In this document: positions 38,779 through 49,092 of the stretch, one piece after another
Position numbering within the stretch: position 1 is the first letter of the stretch
How the letters are laid out: each line of letters starts with the position of its first letter
DNA from: an uncultured Alphaproteobacteria bacterium
Lineage (GTDB): Bacteria; Pseudomonadota; Alphaproteobacteria; HIMB59; GCA-002718135
DNA: 64,000 nucleotides
Assembly: GCA_902615625.1 (NCBI GenBank)
Contig: CACMPM010000002.1
Location: 28,472 to 92,471, forward strand
Direction: 5' to 3'
Notes under the pieces: model-generated
Seen by the model: the letters and a program-made list of their open reading frames with translations, nothing else
Database searches by the model: none
What the model was told of the DNA's origin: nothing
Program-made: the position numbers and the translations under genes

Positions 38779-39872
38779 TAGTTAATATCCTCAAGAGGAG
38801 TATAATCAAATGGTAGGCCAAAAGCTCGTGGGCCAAATAATTTTAATGCTTTTTCTGATCTCATTATTGGTGGAACTGAAACTGCCACTATTTTTATTCT
38901 TTGTCCATATCTTAAACTATCAGTAGTAATTGGTTCTCCAGTTTCACTATCAAGAGCGCAAATCAAATCTGGTACCATCGCTAACACCTTATTATCATTA
39001 AGTTTGGCATAAGAAAATTCATTTTGAAATTCAACTAATAGAGTATCTTTGTCATTTAAACTTTTCAAATACATTTTACCTCTAGTCCATCCATTTACTG
39101 TCTCTCTTAAAAGATCATCAATCTTACCTGTGAAAAGAAGTTTACCAACTCGAGGAGGGTTACTTTTTCCCATATATTTTATAATTTCTTCAACTGGATC
39201 ATTTTTATCATCTCTTGCTTTCTGTATTAAAGATCCTATTTCAAAAGAAAGCTTTATAGTATTATGAACTGAAGTCTCTCTAATTTGTTTTGCATTCATT
39301 GGATAACAAGCTACTTGACAAATACCACCCATTCTTACACAAACAGCTCTCGATAACCATTCACCTGAACTACTATTTCTAGAATTAAAAATTCCAGTTT
39401 CATAAAAATCATTAATTACAACTAATGGATTAATACTTACATCTCCAACATTATAAGTTACCATTTGTAATTCAGGGAAAGCTCTTCCCATGCCATCTGC
39501 ATCTATTACTGGTAAACCTGATAATGCTCCAACAACAAGTGGTAATGTTGCATTAACACCACCTGCTTCAATAGGCATTATGGCATTAAATTTTTTCCCT
39601 ATTATCTCTTCAACTTTTTTCATTGCTTCATATGAAGTTAAGCCATTTGGAGCTTTTTCTCCAAACACAGTTGGTGCTCCCATAGTTAATACGTTGCAGG
39701 CAAATGTATCATCATCAATTTCATCTGGACTAATTATTTTTACTTTTTTTCCCTGTTCTAGTTGATGTTTTAACATTAACTTTCCAATATAAGGATCTCC
39801 ACCACCACCTGTAGCTAAGAATGCTGTGCCTCTTGCAAGATCTTCTAAGTTTGTTAAATTTAATTCAATCAT
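38778..39872 (-). CDS. DUF917 family protein (copy 1)
   Basis: LATGGGGDP, MGAPTV, EAGGVN, DADGMGRAFPELQM, FQNE, VPDLI, LRYGQR. Confidence 0.9.
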   Translation of the reverse strand: MIELNLTNLEDLARGTAFLATGGGGDPYIGKLMLKHQLEQGKKVKIISPDEIDDDTFACNVLTMGAPTVFGEKAPNGLTSYEAMKKVEEIIGKKFNAIMPIEAGGVNATLPLVVGALSGLPVIDADGMGRAFPELQMVTYNVGDVSINPLVVINDFYETGIFNSRNSSSGEWLSRAVCVRMGGICQVACYPMNAKQIRETSVHNTIKLSFEIGSLIQKARDDKNDPVEEIIKYMGKSNPPRVGKLLFTGKIDDLLRETVNGWTRGKMYLKSLNDKDTLLVEFQNEFSYAKLNDNKVLAMVPDLICALDSETGEPITTDSLRYGQRIKIVAVSVPPIMRSEKALKLFGPRAFGLPFDYTPLEDIN

Positions 39873-41416
39873 TAAAATATATCTCCAACTGCTTTAGCAT
39901 GTATTCTAACTGAACCAGAAGGTAGATAGCTCAAAGGTATTTCTTCTAATTCTATAATTTTAATTGTATCTTTAATTGCTCCAGCCTGAAGTGCTCTACT
40001 TATCGCATCGTTTTTTGCACTTTCAATTGATTTTTCTCTTCCCATTTCAGAATATGAATAAATTTTATCTATTTCACCACCAGCTTGTGCAAGCGAAGCA
40101 CCTATGGCATTAGCAACATCTGAGTGATCAGGTATTAAAACTTCACTAGCACCTTTTAACTTTCCATTTACTAAAATACTTCCACCACCAACCAATATTA
40201 CTGGTACATCATCTTTATTTAGTTTTACTCTGTCAATTCCTTCTTCAATCATGTTTTTAATTTTATTTTGAGATTTAGTAATTAAGTCATTGCTAATGTT
40301 TTCAACTTTATTTTTATCTCCAAAATTAGCATCACCTGAAGCAACAGTAATGTCAGAAGTTGTTAAAGTGTTACCTCCAAAAATTAGAGCTTCTTTATCT
40401 AATTTATAACCAACTGAATCTGGTCCAACAGAAACTTGATTATTATTTTCTCTAATTATACTTCCGCCTCCAAGTCCTATAGAGATTAAATCTGGCATTC
40501 TAAAATTAGTTCTAACACCACCTATATCTACAGGTATAGCAGACTCTCTAGGAAAACCCTCTTTTATAACTCCAAAATCAGTTGTTGTTCCGCCAATATC
40601 AACAACAATTGCGTTATTTTTTTTTGATAAAAAACCAGCTCCTCTCATACTATTTGTTGGACCAGAAGCAAAAGTTAATACTGGATAGTTTTTAACTATA
40701 TCGGCTGACATTAGAGTGCCGTCATTCTGACTAATGTAAAATGGACTTTTAATTTTTAATTCTTTTAATGCATCTTTAAACGATGAAATAACTTTATCAG
40801 CAAGTTTTCCTAAAGAAGAATTCATAATGGTTGCATTTTCTCTTTCTACAAATCCTACTCTTCCTATCCTATGAGACATTGTAATAATAGCATCAGGATT
40901 ATGCTCTTTAATAATTTTAGCTGTATCTATTTCCTGTTGTTCATTAATTGGAGAAAATACACAAGAAATTGATATATACTTTAGATTTTTATTTTTAATT
41001 TCTTTTGCAACTTTAGTTATTTCTTCAGTTGTCCAATCGCCAAGTAATCTGCCATCAAATTCATACCCCCCATTTACAATCCAAAAATTTTCTCCAATTA
41101 TTTTTCTTAAATTATCTGAAAAATCTATACAGGGTGGAACACTCACTGTAGCTGGGTAACCCAATCTTACTACTGCTACTTGTTCTAATCTTTTGTTTTC
41201 AACAAATGCATTTGTGAATTGAGTAGTACCAATCATCACTGACTCAATATTTTTTGTATCAATATTATTTCTATTTAATATTGTTGAAACTGCATTAATT
41301 ATACCTAAACCAGGTTCTTCTGTTGTTGCTGATTTATAACCATCTACAACTTCTTTACCTTGCATTAATACAGCATCAGTATTAGTACCACCTACATCAA
41401 CCCCAATACGAAACAT
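39872..41416 (-). CDS. Hydantoinase/oxoprolinase A-type protein (copy 1)
   Basis: GVDVGGTNTDA, GTTQFTNA, SGPTNSMRGA, DIGGTTTD, GLGGGS. Confidence 0.92.
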   Translation of the reverse strand: MFRIGVDVGGTNTDAVLMQGKEVVDGYKSATTEEPGLGIINAVSTILNRNNIDTKNIESVMIGTTQFTNAFVENKRLEQVAVVRLGYPATVSVPPCIDFSDNLRKIIGENFWIVNGGYEFDGRLLGDWTTEEITKVAKEIKNKNLKYISISCVFSPINEQQEIDTAKIIKEHNPDAIITMSHRIGRVGFVERENATIMNSSLGKLADKVISSFKDALKELKIKSPFYISQNDGTLMSADIVKNYPVLTFASGPTNSMRGAGFLSKKNNAIVVDIGGTTTDFGVIKEGFPRESAIPVDIGGVRTNFRMPDLISIGLGGGSIIRENNNQVSVGPDSVGYKLDKEALIFGGNTLTTSDITVASGDANFGDKNKVENISNDLITKSQNKIKNMIEEGIDRVKLNKDDVPVILVGGGSILVNGKLKGASEVLIPDHSDVANAIGASLAQAGGEIDKIYSYSEMGREKSIESAKNDAISRALQAGAIKDTIKIIELEEIPLSYLPSGSVRIHAKAVGDIF

Positions 41417-41663
41417 ATATTTTTACATTATTTAAAAATTTTAAAGTATCAATCAATAAATTTGTTAGAATTTATGGATAACTTACTTATGTGATTAAAA
41501 CATAATAAATATCTTTTTTAGTACTGTATCCATGCTGCAAATTTGTTATTAAAAATTGAGTATTTAATTAAGAATTATTTGAAAATTTGATTAGAGTAAT
41601 CATTATTTTGTTGCAATTTAGTATTGATGTATTAGGCTTTTAATTAACTTATTAGGAGGCATT

Positions 41664-42782
41664 ATGTCAAAAAAGAATAAGATTAATAATAGCAGAAGAA
41701 AGTTTATTAAAGACACTGCTATTTTGACTGCTGCTGCCTCTACTTTACCATTATTTAATATTAATCATGCATGGTCTCAAGATGTTGTTTTTGATGGAGA
41801 ACCTTTTGATGCTGGTGGTGCTGAATTAAAACTTGGTGAATGGGGTGGTTTCTGGGAAGAATTCATGCGTGAGGCATTTATCAATGATTTTGAAAAAAGA
41901 TATAATTGTAAAATATCTTATGATGGTGCATGGCCTTGGTTCCCTAAATTTATAGCTAGTGGTGATAAAAATCCAGCTTACGATATATGTAACTGGAATA
42001 TTCCTGAAATGGTTAAAACTGCACGAGCAGGTGATTTCTTTATGTCGCCAGATGAAATTGCATCGGCAATTCCTAATGGTGCTAATGTATGGGATTTTGC
42101 TAAAGATACTGGAGTTGGTTTAACTTGGGCATTTGGACAATATGCTTATGTATATAGAAGTGACTTAGTAGATCCACCAATTACAGATTTTAAACAATTC
42201 TGGGATAAAAAATTTGATGGAATGAGAGGAACTTACATAACTTCAAATACTCTCCAAATGGTATTTTTCCTTGCTTCTTGCCAAGCTTTTGGAAAAGATG
42301 CATATGATCTTGAAGCAGGATATCAAGCAATGAGAGATGCAATGCCAGCTAAAATTTCAGATTTTACTGGAAATATGCAAACTCTTGTTGAAAGAGGAGA
42401 AGTTCAAATTGGTGTTCAATGGGAAGGAGAATGTTATCTTCAAATGGATAAAGGTATTCCAGTAGATAACTTTATCTGGCAACATCAGAAACCATTATTA
42501 ACTCAAACTCATACAGTAAGTAAATATTCTGATCCTGTTCAAAAGAAATTAGCATTAGCTTATGTTAATGAAAAGCTAGACCCTAAATTTATGAATAAAG
42601 CAGGAGAAACTTTTTATTTACGTCCAACAATTAAGAATGCAGAGCTTCCAGAGCTACTAACTTCTAAAGGTGTAAAAAATGATGCAAATGCATTAGATGG
42701 TTTGCACACACCTGATTGGAATTTCTATTTAGAAAATGAAGATGATATTGTTGAAACTGTAAATGAAATATTTACTAGTTAA
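41664..42782 (+). CDS. PotD/PotF-like ABC substrate-binding protein with Tat signal
   Basis: SRRKFIK twin-arginine motif; WGGFWEE; AGGAGG RBS. Confidence 0.85.
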   Translation: MSKKNKINNSRRKFIKDTAILTAAASTLPLFNINHAWSQDVVFDGEPFDAGGAELKLGEWGGFWEEFMREAFINDFEKRYNCKISYDGAWPWFPKFIASGDKNPAYDICNWNIPEMVKTARAGDFFMSPDEIASAIPNGANVWDFAKDTGVGLTWAFGQYAYVYRSDLVDPPITDFKQFWDKKFDGMRGTYITSNTLQMVFFLASCQAFGKDAYDLEAGYQAMRDAMPAKISDFTGNMQTLVERGEVQIGVQWEGECYLQMDKGIPVDNFIWQHQKPLLTQTHTVSKYSDPVQKKLALAYVNEKLDPKFMNKAGETFYLRPTIKNAELPELLTSKGVKNDANALDGLHTPDWNFYLENEDDIVETVNEIFTS

Positions 42783-42794
42783 TTAATGTATTTG

Positions 42795-42819
42795 ACCAGC
42801 TACTTAATAAGTAGCTGGT
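42795..42819 (+). terminator. Stem-loop after the SBP gene
   Basis: ACCAGCTACTT-AAT-AAGTAGCTGGT followed by a U-rich tract. Confidence 0.7.
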
Positions 42820-42828
42820 TTATTTTAT

Positions 42829-43884
42829 ATGTTTGATGTTCAAATAAATAATCTAACAAAAAAATTTGAAGATAATGTAGCTGTTAATGGCATTGACTTT
42901 AAAATTAATTCTGGAGAGTTTTTTTCAATTTTAGGTCCATCTGGTTGTGGTAAAACAACAACATTAAGAATGATTGCTGGTTTTGTAATGCCGACAGCTG
43001 GTGAGATTTTCATTGGAAACAATGACATAACATTCCAAGCTCCAGAAAAAAGAAATATTGGTTTTGTTTTTCAAAATTATGCAATTTTTCCTCATATGAA
43101 TGTTTTTGAAAATATTTCTTTTGGATTAAAAATGAGAAATATTGATCAGAAACAAATTAATGAGAAGGTTAAAATAGCTTTAGAACAGGTAAATTTAATT
43201 GGATACGAAACTAGATACCAGAGAGAATTATCTGGTGGTGAGCAACAAAGAGTAGCATTAGCTAGGGTCCTTGTCACTGAACCTCAAATATTATTATTAG
43301 ATGAACCTTTAAGTGCTTTAGATAAAAAACTTAGAGAAGAAATGAAGATTTGGATTAAGGAACTTCAGAAAAAATTAAAAATTACTACGGTATATGTAAC
43401 ACATGATCAATCAGAAGCTTTAACAATGTCAGATAGAATAGCAATTATGAATAAAGGTGATATTTCACAAATTGGAACTCCTGACGACATTTATGAAAAA
43501 CCTCAAAATACTTTTGTTGCAGACTTTATTGGAACCTCAAACTTTATTAATTTAAAACTTATAAAGACTTCATCTGGTAAATCAAAAGTGTCTTTCTCAG
43601 ATGTAGAATTTGAAATTAACGATGAGTTCAATGATAATTGTAAATGTATATTAAGACCAGAACATTTATTTATAAATCCGACAAATAAGAGCGAATTAGT
43701 TTCAGTAAATGCTAAAATAAAAATAATTTCTTATCAAGGATCTTTAATCAAATATATAGTTGAAGTTAATGAACAAACCTTAACAGCTGAATTTTCAAAT
43801 AGTATGAATTTAAATAGATTAAAAGAAGGTGACAATGTAACAGTTGGGTTTAATCCAAATAGCCTTGTAATAATAAAGGATTAA
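42829..43884 (+). CDS. PotA-like ABC ATPase
   Basis: GPSGCGKT, LSGGEQQR, LLLDEPLSALD, TOBE-like C-terminus. Confidence 0.93.
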   Translation: MFDVQINNLTKKFEDNVAVNGIDFKINSGEFFSILGPSGCGKTTTLRMIAGFVMPTAGEIFIGNNDITFQAPEKRNIGFVFQNYAIFPHMNVFENISFGLKMRNIDQKQINEKVKIALEQVNLIGYETRYQRELSGGEQQRVALARVLVTEPQILLLDEPLSALDKKLREEMKIWIKELQKKLKITTVYVTHDQSEALTMSDRIAIMNKGDISQIGTPDDIYEKPQNTFVADFIGTSNFINLKLIKTSSGKSKVSFSDVEFEINDEFNDNCKCILRPEHLFINPTNKSELVSVNAKIKIISYQGSLIKYIVEVNEQTLTAEFSNSMNLNRLKEGDNVTVGFNPNSLVIIKD

Positions 43885-43886
43885 AT

Positions 43887-45428
43887 ATGCAAATTGGAGT
43901 TGATGTAGGAGGAACAAATACAGACGGAGTTATCTTATCTGAAGGAAAAGTTTTAGTATCTGAAAAAACGACAACAACAGAAGATGTAGGTGATGGTGTC
44001 TTTAATATTATTAAAACTGTTTTAACTAAGGGCAATATTTCTCCAGATAAAATTTCTAGTGTAATGATAGGCACTACACATTTTACAAATGCTCTTGTTG
44101 AGAGAAAAAAATTACAAAAAATAGCAGCTATAAGATTATCATTACCCGCTGCAGATAGTCTTGAACAAATGATAGGATGGCCATCAGATTTGATTGATAA
44201 TATTAATCCCATAAAATACTTCGCTAAAGGTGGTTATGAAGTAGATGGTAGGGAAATATCTAAGTTAGATAAAGATGAGATAAAAAAAATTACTGAAGAA
44301 ATAGCAAATAAAAATTATAAAAATATCGCAGTTAACTCTGTATATTCGCCTCTAAATTCAGAAATGGAACTAGAAGCAAATGAAATTATTAAAAATATTA
44401 TTCCAGATGCCAATATATCTTTATCCCATTCAATTGGTAAAGTTGGTTTAATTGAAAGAGAAAACGCAACTATTATTAATGCGGCATTAGCAAATTTAGC
44501 AGTTGATATAGTTGAATCTTTTAAAAATGCTCTTAAAAAACTTAATATTGATGCGCCACTTTATATCAGTCAAAACGATGGTACACTTATGAGACCGGAT
44601 AAAGTTAAGCAATATCCAGTTTTAACATTTGCATGTGGACCTACAAATAGTATGCGTGGAGCAGCTTATTTATCAGGAATTCAGGACTCAATTATTGTAG
44701 ATATTGGTGGTACTACATCAGATGTTGGATACATTAAAGCCGGTTTCCCAAGACAGTCTGCAATAGCTACAGATGTTGGTGGTGTTAGAACAAACTTTAG
44801 AATGCCGGATATAATTTCAATAGGTCTTGGAGGAGGTTCATTAATCAGAGACAATGGTAACAAGGTTGGTCCTGATAGTGTTGGATATAGATTAACAGAA
44901 AAGGCATTAGTTTTTGGAGGAGATACATTAACAGCAACTGACATAGCGGTTAAGCATTATGATTTAGATATTGGTGATAAATCTCTATTAAATAAAATTG
45001 ATGATAGTACAGTCAAAAATGCAAAACAAGAAATTACAAGATTATTAGAAGAGGCAGTAGATAAAATGAAAACTAGTGCTGAAAATGTACCTGCAGTTTT
45101 TGTTGGAGGTGGTACAATTCTTAATAAAGAAAATCTTAATGGAATATCTGAATTGGTTATTCCTGATAATTTTGCTGTTGCGAATGCAGTAGGTGCAGCA
45201 CTTGGACAAGTAAGTGGAGAAGTTGATCGAGTTTTTCATTATGAAAAATTAGGTAGAGAAAAAACTATTGAACAAGCATCTAATGAAGCTAAACAACTTG
45301 CAAAAGAAGCTGGTGCGAAAGAAAGTTCAATTGAGATAAATGAAATAAATGAAAACCCTCTAGCTTATTTACCTGGTAAATCTGTTAGACTGCAAATTAA
45401 AGCAATTGGCGATTTGGAGAATTATTAA
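43887..45428 (+). CDS. Hydantoinase/oxoprolinase A-type protein (copy 2)
   Basis: GVDVGGTNTDG, GTTHFTNA, GPTNSMRGA, DIGGTTSD. Confidence 0.92.
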   Translation: MQIGVDVGGTNTDGVILSEGKVLVSEKTTTTEDVGDGVFNIIKTVLTKGNISPDKISSVMIGTTHFTNALVERKKLQKIAAIRLSLPAADSLEQMIGWPSDLIDNINPIKYFAKGGYEVDGREISKLDKDEIKKITEEIANKNYKNIAVNSVYSPLNSEMELEANEIIKNIIPDANISLSHSIGKVGLIERENATIINAALANLAVDIVESFKNALKKLNIDAPLYISQNDGTLMRPDKVKQYPVLTFACGPTNSMRGAAYLSGIQDSIIVDIGGTTSDVGYIKAGFPRQSAIATDVGGVRTNFRMPDIISIGLGGGSLIRDNGNKVGPDSVGYRLTEKALVFGGDTLTATDIAVKHYDLDIGDKSLLNKIDDSTVKNAKQEITRLLEEAVDKMKTSAENVPAVFVGGGTILNKENLNGISELVIPDNFAVANAVGAALGQVSGEVDRVFHYEKLGREKTIEQASNEAKQLAKEAGAKESSIEINEINENPLAYLPGKSVRLQIKAIGDLENY

Positions 45429-45429
45429 T

Positions 45430-46524
45430 ATGGATAAATTAACTTTAGATAAAATAGATGATTTTTTAAGAGGAACAGCTTTTTTAGGTACTGGTGGAGG
45501 AGGTAATCCATACGTTGGTGGTTTAATGTTAAGACAAGAACTTGAAAAAGGTTTTGAACCTAAATTAATTAAAGGTGATGAAGTGGGTGATGATGATTTG
45601 ATTTTACCTATTGCAAACATGGGCGCACCTACTGTTTTAGTTGAAAAACTTCCAAACGCAAAATCAGCTGTGAAAGCTCTAAGAAAAATGGAAGATCTTA
45701 TGGGTAAAAAAGCTACAGCCTTAATTGCAGCTGAAGCTGGCGGTATAAATGGAACTTTACCATTTATAGTAAGTGCTTACACTGGATTACCTGTTATTGA
45801 TGCTGATGGCATGGGAAGAGCTTTTCCTGAGTTGCAGATGTGTACATTTGGAGTTTATGGAGTAAATTGCTCTCCTGTAATTGTAAGGGATGAAAAAGAT
45901 AATGAAATGGTTGTTGATGCAGAAAATAACCATGCTTCTGAAATGTTTGCTAGAGTTATATGTATGCAAATGGGAACAAAATCAGAAATTTGTTTGTATC
46001 CAATGACTGGAAAACAAATGAAAGAAACATCTGTTCATCATACTGTTACTTTAGCTTATGAAATTGGTAAATCTATTGGGGATGCAAGAATTAAAGGAAC
46101 TGATCCTTTAGAAGGAATAGTGGATTATTTTAAAAATAGCTTTGATAAAAGATTTTGTAAGTTACTATTTCAAGGAAAAGTTACTGATTTACTTAGAGAA
46201 ACCACAGATGGCTGGGCACGAGGTGAAGTAAAAATTACTTCTTTAACTGATCCAAATGACAGTATTCTGGTTAAATTGCAAAATGAATTTCTTATTGCCT
46301 TAAAAGATGGTAAGCCATTAGCAATGGTACCTGACTTGATTTGCTTAGTTGATTTAGAAAATGCTGAACCAATAACTGCAGAAGATGTTAGATATGGACA
46401 AAGAGTAAATGTAATAGGTGTAAGTACACCACCTAATATGAGAACGAAAGCAGCACTTGATACATTTGGCCCTGTTCCATTTAAAGTTTATGATAAATTT
46501 ATTCCTATAGAGAAAATAAAATGA
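45430..46524 (+). CDS. DUF917 family protein (copy 2)
   Basis: LGTGGGGNP, MGAPTV, DADGMGRAFPELQM, LQNE, VPDLI; ATG at 45430. Confidence 0.9.
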   Translation: MDKLTLDKIDDFLRGTAFLGTGGGGNPYVGGLMLRQELEKGFEPKLIKGDEVGDDDLILPIANMGAPTVLVEKLPNAKSAVKALRKMEDLMGKKATALIAAEAGGINGTLPFIVSAYTGLPVIDADGMGRAFPELQMCTFGVYGVNCSPVIVRDEKDNEMVVDAENNHASEMFARVICMQMGTKSEICLYPMTGKQMKETSVHHTVTLAYEIGKSIGDARIKGTDPLEGIVDYFKNSFDKRFCKLLFQGKVTDLLRETTDGWARGEVKITSLTDPNDSILVKLQNEFLIALKDGKPLAMVPDLICLVDLENAEPITAEDVRYGQRVNVIGVSTPPNMRTKAALDTFGPVPFKVYDKFIPIEKIK

Positions 46525-47279
46525 GTAATGCAATTAATGTTAGGGTTGTATCACCTATAACCACTAAAGGTTTTAGAAAAGATAGTGATTTTGATGCAAT
46601 AAGAAATTCAGACTTAAATATTAGTCATTCTCAAATTGAAATCGGTCCTGCGTCAATAGAAACTGAATTTGATGAAGCTATGTGCCAACCCGATACAATA
46701 TTAAAAATTATTGATGCAGAAAATGAAGGGTGTGATGCAGCTGTTATAGATTGTATGGGAGATCCAGGACTTAAAGGAGCTAGAGAATGTGTATCAATCC
46801 CAGTTGTTGGTCCTTGTGAAACAGCCATGCATTATGCAAGCATGTTAGGTCATAAATTTACAGTATTGACTGTTTTAGACAGAACAAAACCATTAATTGA
46901 AAATTTATCAAAAATTTATGGTGTTTCATCAAAACTAGCTTCTGCAACTTCTGTTGATATACCTGTCTTAGAACTTGAAAAAGATTTAGATTACACACTT
47001 AAGCAAATGACAAATAAAGCAATTCAAACAATAGAAAAAGATAATGCAGATGTAATAATCTTTGGTTGCACTGGTATGCTAGGTTGTGCAGATACAATTG
47101 AAACCAACTTAAAAGAAAAAGGTTACAACGTTCCTGTTATCGATCCAATACCGTTAGCAGTTAATTCAGCTTATGTATTGGCTAAATTGAAGCTATCACA
47201 AAGTAAAAAATGTTATCCATACCCACCAGAAAAAGGAATGGTTGGTTTTGAAAAACCAAAATTAAAAGCTGTTAATTAA
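46521..47279 (+). CDS. Asp/Glu/hydantoin racemase family protein (copy 1)
   Basis: GPASIE, IDCMGDPG and FGCTG two-cysteine site. Confidence 0.9.
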   Translation: MSNAINVRVVSPITTKGFRKDSDFDAIRNSDLNISHSQIEIGPASIETEFDEAMCQPDTILKIIDAENEGCDAAVIDCMGDPGLKGARECVSIPVVGPCETAMHYASMLGHKFTVLTVLDRTKPLIENLSKIYGVSSKLASATSVDIPVLELEKDLDYTLKQMTNKAIQTIEKDNADVIIFGCTGMLGCADTIETNLKEKGYNVPVIDPIPLAVNSAYVLAKLKLSQSKKCYPYPPEKGMVGFEKPKLKAVN

Positions 47280-48034
47280 AGAGAGGTAATAAAATGACTA
47301 TTCATGTTAAACTTATCCAGCCAATTACAACACATGGAATTAGAAAAGATGATCATCTCAACTCCATGAAATCAGATGATTTAAAAGTTACTGCAAAAGG
47401 AATTGATATTGGGCCAAACTCAATTGAATGTGAGTATGAGGAAGCAATGTCTCAACCCGATACAATATTAAAAATTATTGATGCAGAAAATGAAGGGTGT
47501 GATGCAGCTGTTATAGATTGTATGGGAGATCCAGGACTTAAAGGAGCTAGAGAATGTGTATCAATCCCAGTTGTTGGTCCTTGTGAAACAGCTATGCATT
47601 ATGCAAGCATGTTAGGTCATAAATTTACAGTAGTAACGGTATTAGAAAGATTAATACCACAGTTTGAAAACCAATCTTTGTTATATGGTGTTCCATCTAA
47701 GCTTGCTAGTGTTAAAGCAGTAGATATACCTGTCTTAGAACTAGAAAATGATTTAGATGAGACTGTAAATCAATTAAAAATTAAATCTGTAGAAGCTATT
47801 AAAGAAAATAATGCAGATGTAATAATCTTTGGTTGTACCGGTCTTTTTGGCTGCGCTGAAGCATTACAAAATAAACTTAAAGAAGACGGTTACAATGTTC
47901 CTGTTATCGATCCAATACCGTTAGCAGTTAATTCAGCTTATGTATTGGCTAAATTGAAGCTATCACAAAGTAAAAAATGTTATCCATACCCACCAGAAAA
48001 AGGAATGGTTGGTTTTGAAAAACCAAAATTAAAA
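46686..48034 (+). repeat. Two near-identical direct-repeat tracts shared by the racemase paralogs (offset 767 bp)
   Basis: 46686-46865 vs 47453-47632 (180 bp, 1 mismatch seen); 47121-47267 vs 47888-48034 (147 bp, 1 mismatch seen). Confidence 0.9.
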
Positions 48035-48046
48035 ATAGCAAATTAA
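47294..48046 (+). CDS. Asp/Glu/hydantoin racemase family protein (copy 2)
   Basis: GPNSIE, IDCMGDPG, FGCTG. Confidence 0.9.
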   Translation: MTIHVKLIQPITTHGIRKDDHLNSMKSDDLKVTAKGIDIGPNSIECEYEEAMSQPDTILKIIDAENEGCDAAVIDCMGDPGLKGARECVSIPVVGPCETAMHYASMLGHKFTVVTVLERLIPQFENQSLLYGVPSKLASVKAVDIPVLELENDLDETVNQLKIKSVEAIKENNADVIIFGCTGLFGCAEALQNKLKEDGYNVPVIDPIPLAVNSAYVLAKLKLSQSKKCYPYPPEKGMVGFEKPKLKIAN

Positions 48047-48050
48047 CTTT

Positions 48051-49076
48051 GTGACTAATAGAATTGTAAGATTTGCAAAATTTGGTGGACCTGAAGTTCT
48101 TTCTATAAACGATGAACCCTTAAAATCACCTGGCAAAGGTGATGTAAGAATTAAAGTAAAAGCAATTGGATTAAATCAAGCTGAGGTAATGTTAAGGGAA
48201 GGTAGATATGTTGGCAAGCCAGATCTACCATCTAGAATTGGTATTGAAGCATCAGGTATTGTAGATAAGGTAGGAGAGGGTGTATCAAAATATAAACAAG
48301 GAGATGAAGTTTGCGCTATTCCTTTTTTATCTTGGAATAATAATGATTTTTGGACAAATGATTCTATCAATAAATATGGAACTTATGGTGATACTGCTAT
48401 TGTTCCAGAATGGACAATTACAAGAAAAATTGATCATCAGTCTTTTGAAGAAGCTGCAGCTGCATGGTGCCAATACTTAACAGCCTGGGGAGGATTAGTT
48501 TATAATTCGGATATAGAAAGTAGGAAATGTTGTCTAATAACTGGAGCATCCAGTAGTGCTGCAATAGGGGCAATGCAAATAGCAAAAGTATTTGGATTAA
48601 AAACTATTGGTGTTAGTCGCACTTTAAAAAAGGAAGAAAAGCTCAAAGAAATTGGTTATGATGAAGTCTTATCATTAACTGATGAAAATTTTGAAAAAAA
48701 TATTTTAGATGTAACAGATGGAATTGGATTTGATTTATCTTATGATTGTGTAGGTGGTTCACATTTTTACAAATTAGTTAATACAGTAAAAGCAAGAGGT
48801 TTAATTGTTAATTATGGAAATCTTGATTTAGATTTTTCTAAAATTTACACCTTACCTCTATTAAGTAAAAGAGTTCATATAAGATTTCACAGTATTTTTG
48901 ATACTATGAGATTTGAAAAACAAAGAATTGAAGGAGTTGACTGGATAAATTCTCATATGCAAGACAAAAAACTTAAACCAATTATTTCAAAAGTATTTAA
49001 TTTAGATCACATTGTTGATGCACATAGATATATTGGAGAAGGCAACCAATTAGGTAAAACAATAGTTACGACATGA
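48051..49076 (+). CDS. MDR family NAD(P)H:quinone oxidoreductase-like protein
   Basis: FGGPEVL, AIGLN, GIEASG, ITGASS, GKTIV. Confidence 0.88.
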   Translation: MTNRIVRFAKFGGPEVLSINDEPLKSPGKGDVRIKVKAIGLNQAEVMLREGRYVGKPDLPSRIGIEASGIVDKVGEGVSKYKQGDEVCAIPFLSWNNNDFWTNDSINKYGTYGDTAIVPEWTITRKIDHQSFEEAAAAWCQYLTAWGGLVYNSDIESRKCCLITGASSSAAIGAMQIAKVFGLKTIGVSRTLKKEEKLKEIGYDEVLSLTDENFEKNILDVTDGIGFDLSYDCVGGSHFYKLVNTVKARGLIVNYGNLDLDFSKIYTLPLLSKRVHIRFHSIFDTMRFEKQRIEGVDWINSHMQDKKLKPIISKVFNLDHIVDAHRYIGEGNQLGKTIVTT

Positions 49077-49092
49077 ACTATTAAAAATTTAC

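Noticed and set aside
41417-41663. Operator candidates in the divergent promoter (ATGGATA ... TATCCAT)
   Set aside because: 7-bp arms about 50 nt apart in AT-rich DNA are compatible with chance; no regulator gene nearby
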